Positions 30,403-41,344 of a stretch of 64,000 bases of DNA are shown piece after piece. A program made the translations under genes and the position numbers. The stretch's first letter is position 1. Every line of letters begins with the position of its first letter. Location of the stretch: positions 1 through 64,000 of the forward strand of contig CDMY01000434.1 of the NCBI GenBank assembly GCA_001179505.1, given 5' to 3'. The notes under the pieces are model-generated. The model saw nothing but the letters and a program-made list of their open reading frames with translations, had not been told where the DNA came from and did no database searches. The stretch is from Vitrella brassicaformis CCMP3155. Its lineage: Eukaryota > Protista > Chromerida.

Positions 30403-30547
30403 GAGGCCAGCAGCACCGAGAACGAAAGGAAAACCATTGGGAGACCTCCCGTATTTACAGCCTCCTGATGAGTTTTTCGCCCTGCCCTAAACACAATAAC
30501 CAAAACCAAAACAGAGCGTTAGCCTGTGATATCGCAAGCAGACAGAT

Positions 30548-31236
30548 ATGGTAAGTCGAGGGTGGCAACAGGGCATCGGGTTCACAGGCAGATCACTCAG
30601 GGCAACAAGCCAGACGTGACGTGGGAGTGGCAGAGTGTCCGCGTGGGATCTCATCTCACGGTGGCTGTTTGGCGTCGTGTTTCTGGCTGTATGTGGTTGA
30701 CTTGACTGACACAGGCGCGTGGAGCGAGCGGCAGTCAGGCAGCGACTTCAGCCAGCAGCGGCAAGGGCGGTCCAGCCACCACCATCGGAGGACAGCGCAC
30801 CACGCTCGCACGGTACACAAACAGACAGACTCGGACACACACACACAGCAAGACAACACGGATAGCGGCGGACACACGAGGAGGGAGGCGATGTTCATCT
30901 TTCTGGTCTCCTTGTCCCGTGTTGTGTTGGTGTGGGTGTAATGTCACTCACAGGCGCAACGTAGGTCGTTCGTCTGCTGTGGCGCCGAGCAGCAAGGGCC
31001 GCGGCGCCTCGTCCCAGGGCATCCTGCGGTTCTACACCGATGACGCACCGGGACTCAAAGTGTATGCGACCACAGCGAACGAACGCCCTCCACGCGATTC
31101 TGGGTTGGTTGATGTGTTTGTTGTATTGCTCAGTGGTCCGACGACCGTATTGGTGTTGTCGTTGGTGTTCATGGCGATCGTGGTTATCTTGCACATCATG
31201 GGCAAGACGCGAGCTGGCAGATACGAATCCGCCTAG
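30548..31236 (+). CDS. SEC61B: Protein transport protein Sec61 subunit beta. Exons 30548-30550, 30715-30812, 30954-31061, 31134-31236
   Basis: Spliced M|ARGASGSQAATS..TTLAR|RNVGRSS..QGILRFYTDDAPGLKV|GPTTVLVLSLVFMAIVVILHIMGK; the LRFYTDDAPGLK.GP..VLV.SL.F...V..LH motif is diagnostic. Confidence 0.96.
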
Positions 31237-31434
31237 AGGGAGGGAAGGGAACGAACCGCCACCCCAATACACACAAACGGCGGGAGAGGGGGAGGAGCGA
31301 AGGAGGGAGAGGTGGCGGGGGGAGAAGCAATAGTATCCCGATCGCACGATGGGTGCGTCCGTGTGCTCAGTTGCACACCGCGCCCCGTCGGCTCTCTTGG
31401 CGTTGCGTGCTTGTGCGATGTGATGTTTAATTAG

Positions 31435-31734
31435 NNNNNNNNNNNNNNNNNNNNNNNNNNNNNNNNNNNNNNNNNNNNNNNNNNNNNNNNNNNNNNNNNN
31501 NNNNNNNNNNNNNNNNNNNNNNNNNNNNNNNNNNNNNNNNNNNNNNNNNNNNNNNNNNNNNNNNNNNNNNNNNNNNNNNNNNNNNNNNNNNNNNNNNNNN
31601 NNNNNNNNNNNNNNNNNNNNNNNNNNNNNNNNNNNNNNNNNNNNNNNNNNNNNNNNNNNNNNNNNNNNNNNNNNNNNNNNNNNNNNNNNNNNNNNNNNNN
31701 NNNNNNNNNNNNNNNNNNNNNNNNNNNNNNNNNN
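31435..31734. other. Assembly gap (300 N)
   Basis: N run between the convergent 3' ends of SEC61B and MGMT, bordered by G-rich sequence. Confidence 0.95.
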
Positions 31735-32258
31735 GGGGGGGGTGCGTGTGAGCATAATTCACTGACGGACTCTGCATTGCATGGAGGGGGGAGGGGAGGG
31801 GAGGGGCGGGGGGGTGGGAGGGAGGGATGATCCACGCACATGTGCCCATGGCGCCTGTGTCACAACATAGACAGCCAGATCGATGGGTGGCTGTGGCTCT
31901 CTGGATTTTTGAATGGACCTTCCTTGCATTCCTTCCATGGTGTGTCGCTCGTCGTTTCAATTCAATGAATCAATCAGTTGACGGCCTCAAAAACGTCTGT
32001 CTGTCTTCACAATGAAGGGTCTGTCTATACAGTACAGCCGCACGAGCCTCGCCTCGCCTCGCCTCCTCTCTCGCATGCTTATCAGCCCATCACCAGATGC
32101 TCGCACGCATCCTTGCGGCGATGAGCATCACACGCGCGCAAGATGAAGCAACCAGGCAGAGGCACCGCAGCAGGCAGGCAGGCAGGCAGCACACATCCAC
32201 CCACTCGAAAACGTGCTGATGCCATGCCGCACATCACATTCCCCTCCTCTAGTCTAGC

Positions 32259-33054
32259 CTAGCCGTTCTTCTGTCTCTTCTTGGGCACATCATCGTTGCC
32301 ATGGTTGCCTAGGGAAAGCTGGCGCTTGTCCCCTGCCCTCACACCCGGCTGCCTGTCCTGCTCTTGTCTGTGGTCCTCCAGGGCGGTCTTGCCTGATCCG
32401 AGGTCGAAGAGGAACTCTTTTGGAATCCTGCTGTCGCGACTGCCCGGCGCCTTGTTGACCGTGACGCCCTCCTGCTGCAGTCGCCTGACCTTGTCAGGCA
32501 GATTGGGATTGTCGGGACCTGAACGGCCACCTGCAGACAACAGCCAGAGGTGAGGTGATCCAGGCAGGCAGGCAGGCAGGCAGGCCGGCAAGCGTTCCTC
32601 TTCCCCACCGAAGCCGCCGATGGTGAGGTCAGCGTTGACGACCCTGTGTCAGGGAACCGCCGGGGCGAACGGGTTTCTCTTCATCGCTGCACCACAACAC
32701 AGGTACCTCACGAGCACAGGACACAGAGATCCATCCCACCCATCCCCACTTCCACACATCCATCCCATCCCCCCAGTGCACCGCACCCACCTTACCTTGT
32801 CCAATAGCCTGGCCAGATCCACAGCCAACCGCCTCGCCCAGTGCCTTGTAGGTCGTCACCTTCCCCGCAGGCACACGCATCAGCGCCTCAAACACGCGCC
32901 GCTGGAATGGCGTGATGCGATGCGCAGACCAGTCAATAACACCTGGCGCACCATCGCCCTCATCCTCTGCTGCTATAGCCGCAGCGCTCGAGTGGCCGCC
33001 AGGCCCATCCTCAGCCTCCCCGGCCTCATCGTGGCCATCTGCACTGCGGCTCAT
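32259..33054 (-). CDS. MGMT: O6-alkylguanine-DNA alkyltransferase (MGMT/Ogt family) with in-frame TGA at the catalytic Cys (candidate selenoprotein). Exons 33054-32796, 32686-32609, 32530-32259; 202 aa, TGA is codon 99
   Basis: ITPFQRRVFEALMRVPAGKVTTYKALGEAVGCGSGQAIGQ|AMKRNPFAPAVP*HRVVNADLTIGGFG|GRSG..DKVRRLQQEGV; exon lengths 259+78+272=609 keep the frame through both introns. Confidence 0.9.
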
Positions 33055-33377
33055 GCTGTGCGGTGGCAGATCTAGACCGACTCCCAGACGGCGTGTTGGG
33101 ACTGGAGGTAGGCGCGCTCCTGTGAGCTGTAGACGAGGAGGGCGACGTGGAAACAGCACAGGTGCGAGCAGAGATGGATGGTGACGCCGAAAGCAGAGAC
33201 GAGGAGGATGATTCTGAGCCAAATTGGCATAGGCTGGCCCACGGAGCAGTGATGCCAGCCTTGTGCTTCGAGCATAAAGATGCCACGATCTTGGTAGGGC
33301 ATAGCGTGAAACCGCCTCCCAGCTCGCAACACTAAGGCAGCCTCAGACAAGCGAGCCGGCCGTTTGTGCACCTAACG

Positions 33378-34958
33378 ATGGCGACAGAGTCAGCTGAGCC
33401 CTCCACTTTGACCAACGGCGCGAAGGCTGCGGACGCAGATCCCTCCCAGGCAGCCGTCACGACCCAGGAGGAGCTGGACGAGAAGGTCAAGGCACTCGCA
33501 GAGGAGGTCAAGGTCAGCCACCACAACGCACATGTCAACTCGGGCGGGAGAGAGGCGGGCGATGAGATGAGGCAGCCGGGCACTGCGTGTGTCTCGCACG
33601 TGTGACGTGGGAGGGTGGTGGGGCATGGCTGGCGACAGATCTGCGTGTGTGCGGGTGCGGCCGGTGGGCACACCACACTCTCCCTTTGTGTGTCTGTCTG
33701 TGTGTGTGGCTCGTCAGGCGTTGCGCTCCGACTTGAATGACGTCAAGCAGAAGAGCCTGCGCAGCTCCCGCGAGGTCGGCCAGCTCAAAGTCGTCATCCA
33801 CGAGCTACACCAGCTACTCACAGTAAGCACAACATACGCCCACCCTACACACCACCCACACCACCCGTCCCTCACACCTCTCCTCCCTCTCTGTCGCGCC
33901 CTGTGTTGTTGTGTGTGTATCAGGGAAGCGTCCAGGGTCGTTCGAGTGAGGCAGCTGGGTCGTTGCCAGCTGAGGAGTCGCCCGAAGCGCAGGACCAGCA
34001 CGACGAGGACGGCCATGGCGGTGAGGGCGGTGGCGGCAACAGTGGGCGCCGACGGCGGCGAGGTCGCGGCACTGCTCGGCAGGACATTCAGCCCAAGGTC
34101 CCCCAAGTGCAGTGGAGGCAAAAGGGACTCGCTCACACGTAAGCCAAGGGAAGAAAGACGGAGAGATCCGATCCAGGTCGAATGCACTGCCATGTGCCTC
34201 CTCGGTTGGACGTGTGTGTACCTGGTGCTCAGTGATGAAGCTGCCGCCCCCAAGTCTCCCGAGGACGGCACCCCGGCCTCCCAGGCGGCCCGCGGCGACG
34301 AGAGCCATGGCGAAACACCCGAAGAGGGCGCCAAGGACGAAAACGGTACCCAACAACACAACACAACACAACACTTCGTACCATCACACACATCACCATA
34401 CCATACCTCCTACGTGTCTTGTCTTGCTGTTTATCAGGTCGGGGAGACCGTAGCGGCCGCAACCGTCGTCGCCACAACGGACGTCGTGGTGGCAGTGGCG
34501 CCAAGGGTGCCGGTGCGGCTGCTGACAAGTCCGCGTCGCCTGCCAACGCAGCTGGCAAGGGCGGAGCGGGCGGTCGCGCGTCGGGCAGTGCACCCGCCAT
34601 GACCGACCAGCAGCGGAAGGAGGAAGAGCAACTCAAGTGAGCAGAGCAGGGCGTGCCATGGGGTGGACGGCCTGTGTATGCCCTTATACTGTCTGAGTAT
34701 GTGTGTGTGTGTGTGTGTCCATCAGGGAGGTGTTCCGCAATGCCAACACGCCAGACGAGGTCAAGAACGCCATGCAGCGGGTATGCAACACAGTTACCTG
34801 CAAGGGAGAAGCCAATCAGAGAGAGGGTGTGGGGTGTGGCATGGTGCAACGCTTGCTTTTAGGCTCGTGAGTTGGATCTGAGTTATTTGGTTGAGTTGGG
34901 GGGGAAGAAGCTCAAGAAGGTGGAGGACGCCGCCAGCGCACCCTCCGGACCCGCATAA
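33378..34958 (+). CDS. Hypothetical protein with coiled coil and RG/GR-rich low-complexity segments (about 7 exons)
   Basis: EELDEKVKALAEEVK|ALRSDLNDVKQKSL..; GRRRRRGRG, GRGDRSGRNRRRHNGRRGG; final exon ARELDLSYLVELGGKKLKKVED..GPA* (TAA 34956-34958). Confidence 0.6.
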
Positions 34959-36705
34959 CACACACACACACACACACAGACATGCCATCGACAGTGCACC
35001 AACTACAGTCGTCCATTGCACACCGACAGACACACCGAGACATATGGCTACCTGGTAATTGATTGGAGAGACAGATGGAATGAGGCAGAGAGACGTCGAT
35101 GTGCGCGGTGTTTGCACCAGCACGTCCGTCTTGCTCACATCTTTCTGTTCCGTCCACGCACTCTCTCGTGACATGTGGTGTGTGGTGGTGTGGTGTGTTC
35201 GGTGGATGGGTCACGGTGTGTTGTGGTGTGGTGTGGTGTGGTGTGGCCGCTTGTCTCTCTCACTACTCATGGCTCGCTCTCCTGCCGAGCCCCCGTTTCT
35301 CTCTCCCTCCTTGCTCCTTATCCTTCCTTGTCCCTTGATTGCTCCCCCTTGCTGCTGACTGGGTGCCTTTACTGGGTGGGTGACGGCATGCACTCACTCC
35401 TTTGCCCCCCTGTCTGCTGTGCCATCCATCGTATGCATCGGTTGGTGTAAACGAGCGTGTTTGCAAATGGATGTCATGGCGACCGACCGATCGGTCTACC
35501 GATATATCAGAAAGGTCCGTGGCACGGCACGAGGGAGCGAGCCGTGTGCGGCGGATGGGTGGGCGGGGAACTGTATGTGTAAACCGACTGTGCGTTTTGC
35601 ACCGGTACTTCCGCCCGAAACCCGCGCAAGCAGGCCCGCCTGCACGCACCATGCACCTCACACGAGAGCGTCTCTGATGCACTCGACCGCTTCCTGCCTG
35701 CCTGCCTGACTCGATGCTCCGCTGCCGAGGTCTGTTCCCTTGACTGCCTGCCTCCCTGTTACTACGACGCTTCCTCTCTTGGTCTGCTGTGTGCCTTGCC
35801 TGCCTGCTTGCTTGCTTGCTTGCTTGCCTACCTTTCACCCTGGTGCCTGCCTGCCACCGACACAACCAACAGCACTCAACTGGCGTGTCTGTCTGTCTGG
35901 TCGGGACGAAAGGCAGACAGGCAGGCAGGCAGGCAGGCCAGCAGCGAGGCGGGCTGGGCTGCTGGGGTCGGGTGTGTGAGGTGCGGGTGGGGGGGTGGGC
36001 TTGCCCCTGCCCCGTCACGGACTGGCTTGATGTGGTGGATTGACTGACATGACGTGTGGGCCGCGCTTCTTGCTTCGTTGTGGGCCTTGTTACGCGTTCC
36101 CGTCGCGAAGGCCACACGGTGTCTGAGTTCCTCGATACTCAGACAACGAGTTGCTTTGGCGTCGGGAATGGATACCTGGCCTGCTAAGAAGAAGAGCCAC
36201 GCAAGCGGCAAGCGAAACGGATGCTGTGCTTCCTTCATGCAGTCACGTTTGTTTCTTTCTTACACATGAGCGGGAGTGCTTTCTACTCTACCCACCACAC
36301 ACGTGCCATGACTGTCATGACGACGGGCGGAGAGAAGAGAAGAGAACAGGCCTGCCTGCAAGGAAGGACCGAAAGGCGAGGTGCCGTTGCCGTCCGTAGC
36401 CCTCCGCGGGTCTCTCTGGGTGGATGGTGTGATTGATTGATACGTGTGTATGCTATGCTATGCGGGGAGGGAGACACAGACATAGACTTACATGATTCCA
36501 CCACCACCACCACCACCACCAAGGACTCACTCACTTGATGCAGTGCATGCAATGCTGTTTGGAGCTCAACCACCGTGACGCAACGCAGGCACAAGCTGGA
36601 AGGAAATGCACTCATTCAGAGTAGACGCACACACACACGAGCACTCCAGTGTCGATTCGTTCGAACAGACAGACAGACAGACAGACAGTCACACCCATCC
36701 ATCAC

Positions 36706-39700
36706 TCAGTCCTCGTCCATGGCATCGTTTTCGTCGTCCCCGCCCTCCTCCTCGCTCGAGCTGGCCTGGCTGGACCACACCTGATCGCTCGCCACACTCG
36801 AGCCATCCTCCTCCTCCTCGCCACCCTCACCCTCGTCTCCCTCCTGCTGCGCCTCGGCAGCCGCCTCAATGTCCTCCTGCACCACTGCCGCCAGCTGCTG
36901 CTCCTCGTCAGGCGGGAAAAACTGACACAGACAGACAGACAGACAGATCGACCGACACGCGTGTGGAAGGGGGTGGCAGGGCAGGGAGTGCAGTGTAGTC
37001 GGTAGGTACCTGCTCGAGGAATCTGAGTCCGTATGCCATGAGTGGGGTGAGCTCCACCACGGTCTTGTCGTCGATCCGCAGCAGCACCGTCTCCTCTGTG
37101 CTCTTCTTGGCCGGCCCGCCGCCCGAGACGATCGTCTCACTCGCCTCTTCGGGCGTGCCAGCTGCTGCTGCTGCCATCGCGCGGCGAGACGTCGTGAACT
37201 CCTGACAACACCAAACACACACACACAGCAACATGAGCCCATCCATCCATCCATGTGGGCGTGTGCACTCTGTCACCCGTTTGAACTCGTCCTGTTCGTG
37301 AGCCTTCTCGGTCTTGGCGCTCCTGAGTGCGATGACGTCCGCGGCGTCCTCCACCTGTGCGAGGGCCTTCTCGAATGCCTCGGCCTCCCTGACGCCCTCG
37401 ACAGGCCTCTTGGTGACGGCCACACCGCCCTCCTCGGCCGGCTGCTGGTCGTGCAGCACTCGCGTCTGGTACAGATCGCTGGTGTCGGCCAGTTTCTGAT
37501 CTCGTGGTGTGACAACAGACAGACAGAGAGATACAGAGAGAGAGGGTGAGGGTGGGTGTAAGGGTGGGGTGGGGGTGGTCGGCGCACTGACTGACCACGA
37601 GTACGTCTCTGACGTCCGTTTTGCTCATGAAGTCTGTGGTGAATTTGCCCTGGTCGACCACCACGTCGTCGAGCTGGCGCTTCTGCAGCTGCTTGCGCAG
37701 AATGTTCTCCTCGATGGTGTGCTCGCTGATCAGCCGGTAGATGTGGACGTCCCGCGTCTGACCAATACGGTGACACCTGCAGCGCACACACAGCACAGCA
37801 ACACACACGCATCCCTCTCTGCGGGGACTGGTCTGGTGCGTGGCGTGCCTGTCCATGGCTTGTCGGTCCATGGCGGGGTTCCAGTCGGAGTCGTAAAAGA
37901 TGACGGTGTCTGCGCCAGTGAGGTTGAGCCCGATGCCGCCGGCGCGTGTGGAGGAGATGAAGAGGAAGATCTTCCTGTTGGCGTTGAAGGTCTCGACGAG
38001 CCGCTGTCTGTTCTCGACCTTGGTGCTGCCGTCCAGCCGCACATAAGTGTGGCCGTGCAAGTTGATGAAGTCCTCCAGCACGTCCAGCATCTTGCTCATC
38101 TGCACCATGCATTGCATGCCATAAGAGACAGACACAGAGAGAGGTCCGTCCGTGTGCTGTGGATATGGGGGGGGGGGGGGGGGGGGGGGGNNNNNNNNNN
38201 NNNNNNNNNNNNNNNNNNNNNNNNNNNNNNNNNNNNNNNNNNNNNNNNNNNNNNNNNNNNNNNNNNNNNNNNNNNNNNNNNNNNNNNNNNNNNNNNNNNN
38301 NNNNNNNNNNNNNNNNNNNNNNNNNNNNNNNNNNNNNNNNNNNNNNNNNNNNNNNNNNNNNNNNNNNNNNNNNNNNNNNNNNNNNNNNNNNNNNNNNNNN
38401 NNNNNNNNNNNNNNNNNNNNNNNNNNNNNNNNNNNNNNNNNNNNNNNNNNNNNNNNNNNNNNNNNNNNNNNNNNNNNNNNNNNNNNNNNNGGGTGTCTCT
38501 GTCTGTGTGTGGGGTGGCTGGTGCACTGCACTGCACCTACCTGTGTGAAGAGCAGGCATCTGTGCCCCTCTTGCTTGAGCCGCTTGAGCAGCCCATCCAG
38601 CACCGTCAGCTTGCCGCAGTCCCACTGCAGCATCCGACGGTCGGGGAACGAACACAACAGACTGGTTTGCCACACACACCCACACACCCACACACCCACA
38701 CACACAACACAAGGGCAATAAGCCAAATGCATGTGCCTGTCGGTCTTTCTGTCGGGCGTACTTGAGTTGAATGGGGTGCAGCAGAGTGTCCCTTGAGCGC
38801 AGGAGCCTCGTTGAGACGGGCCTCAAGAACATCTCTGACCGCTGCACGTTGTCGCAACCCCCCGGGCCGGTCAGACTGACACGCGCGCACACACACAATG
38901 TCAATGTGTGTCGGTGTACCCCTCTCCCTCTCTCCCTCCCCGTGTCGTCTCTCGTACTGGAGTATCGGGGCTGTCGTCGTGACCTTGGGCACGGCGCACA
39001 AGGCATGACGCAGCATCGGCCACAACCTGTGTGAGCCCAGCACACACACACACGAGTGAGTGCCCGGAGGCCCATCCAGCCATCCATCCCCGTCAGCTCC
39101 CTCGCCGGCCGACGCACCTGTGCAGCACTTGCAAGGGTGTGGGACACATCTCCTTCAGGGCAGCCGTCATGTCCAGCAGATCCTGGCTCGACTTGGCACG
39201 CTCATGCACCAGCAACGCCGCTGTGTGCGGCGCCCGATGCACCCGGTCACTGTCACTGTCACCGTCACCGTCACCGTCACCGTCATCGTCATGGCCGTCT
39301 GGTCGTCTCCTCCTCCTTTGCTTGAGGATGCTCTTGACCATCTTGATGCAGTCGGTGCCGTAGACGACGTGCGCCTTGTCCAGCCGCTGAGTGTTGAGGG
39401 CGTTGTTCATGCGCCAACGGCCCTGCCGGAAGGCCACCTCACGGTGCTCGACGTCCTTCAGGGCCCTGAGCACAATGAATGCCATGCCCGAGATGCAATA
39501 TTTCGTGTGTGTGTGGTCGATTCCTTTCTCGTTACTGACTGTTCGATGAAGGGGTGTCTCGCATAGTGTGAGTTGAGCCTCCAGTGCTCCCTCACGAGCT
39601 GCGCCCGCATCTTGCCCAGCACGAACTCGTCCAACGGCGGCACACTCGCACTCCCCAGCCGCCGCCCCTCCTCGGGTGCAAACCCGAAAGGCGAGCCCCC

Positions 39701-41313
39701 GTCGCCATGGCAGCTGTCGACAGCTGGGGAGACGTCTACCTCCATCTCGACACCATTGGCCACACCCACGCCCACGCCGTGGTTGTCATTGGTGGGCTCT
39801 TCCTTGACCACCGGCAGTGGACGCTCGTCGACGGCCATCATGCTCATGCCGACGTCCTCCTCTCGCTTTGGGAACGGGGGAGGGGGAGGGGCCATGGGCG
39901 CAGGGCGGGACTGGCCGAGAGCCACAGGGGGGTTGAACAGACCATTGGCGGCGGACGGGTGATCAGGTGGTGCATGTGCAGGGGGGGCTGCCTCCGGTGG
40001 CTGCGGTGGCTGTGGCAAGAGGGACTGCCGTGCGCTCTTCTCCTCGGCCCGCTTCTTTTCCCGAAAAGCGCGGTCATCTTGCTTGAGCAGCGTCCAGTTG
40101 ACCTGCCTCGATTTGGTCTCGTCGTCCTCCGGCATGTCGCACGTGACCTGGTGGCAGTGGTCGCACCGCATCAGCTCGGCGTCGTTGGCGCAGAAGGTGA
40201 TGAGCTTCCGCTCCTTGCGGGTGAAGCGGCGCGAGTCGCCGAGGCAGCGCCACTTGTCGCACTTGATGCACTGGAACCACTCGATGCCGCCCACAAAGTC
40301 CTCCTCGGGACCGTCGTCCTCGTCGCTGTCACCGAGACCGAGACCCGAGTCTGCGGCCGCTGCTGGTGGTGGTTGTGACGCAGACGGCTGCTCCGGCTCG
40401 ACCTGATTCTTGATGGCGAGACGGCCACACCACACACACAGACACAGACACACGCAAAGAAAGATGCAAGCTGCACTCCTTCCCCGCCTCTCTCTGTCCA
40501 TCTGTCTGTCTGTCAACCTCTCTCCCTCTCACCTTGGCGTCATTCTTAAGCATGCGTGTGGCGACAGGCTGCATGAGGGCCTGCTGTTGCCCCCTCCCAC
40601 CCGCACCACCATCGATGGTCTTCCTCTTGCCCCGCAGCCTGTTGAGGAACGACCCCTGCAGGTTGGCACTCACATCGAGGGCCGACTTGCGCCGGGGAGA
40701 GGCCCCCGGGTGGTCGACGGACACCTGCAGGCCCGCGAGGGCGTGCTCGAAGGTGGCGTCGTCTGGGGTCCACTCGGCCGTGAGGGGGAGGGGGTACCGC
40801 AGCTCCTGGGCTCGGAGGATCTGCGTCTTCTCTGATGTGCACTCGGTGGTGAGGAGCGACCACACCGGCAAAGCGCTCTTCTCACTGTACCCATTTACCC
40901 AGAAGTGACCCACACACACACAGCGATGTGGTCTTGGGTTTCCCCGTGTATGTGTGTGTTTGGTTACTTGATTCGCTGCATGGAGGTCATGTTGTGCGGC
41001 TCGTCCCGCCAGAGGTGCATGAAGGAGGGCACGCGACACACCAGGGGCGAGTCGGGGATGAAGGGGCTCTCCACACCGCGGGGCTCGAACAGCTCGGGAT
41101 GGTTGCACACCTTACGCAGCTGCACACATGGTGAACACAACACACACACACATGTGGATGGATTGTGTTCATCGTGTGGGCGGCTGAGTGAGTCGGTGGT
41201 TTGGCTGACCTGCATGAGCACGTTCATCATGCCGATGAAGTCCGCACCGGTGAGGCACGACTGCGCCTGCCGGGAGGCCATGAACTCCTCGTATAATGCC
41301 TGTGGTCACATAG

Positions 41314-41344
<31 letters not shown>

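Noticed and set aside
32649-32651. Genome-wide UGA reassignment (to Trp or Cys) as the explanation for the MGMT TGA
   Set aside because: TGA is the terminator of several intact genes in this window (HECT 1376, UBX 5833, C2 protein 9653, kinase 23394, eIF3L 49244), so any recoding must be site-specific.
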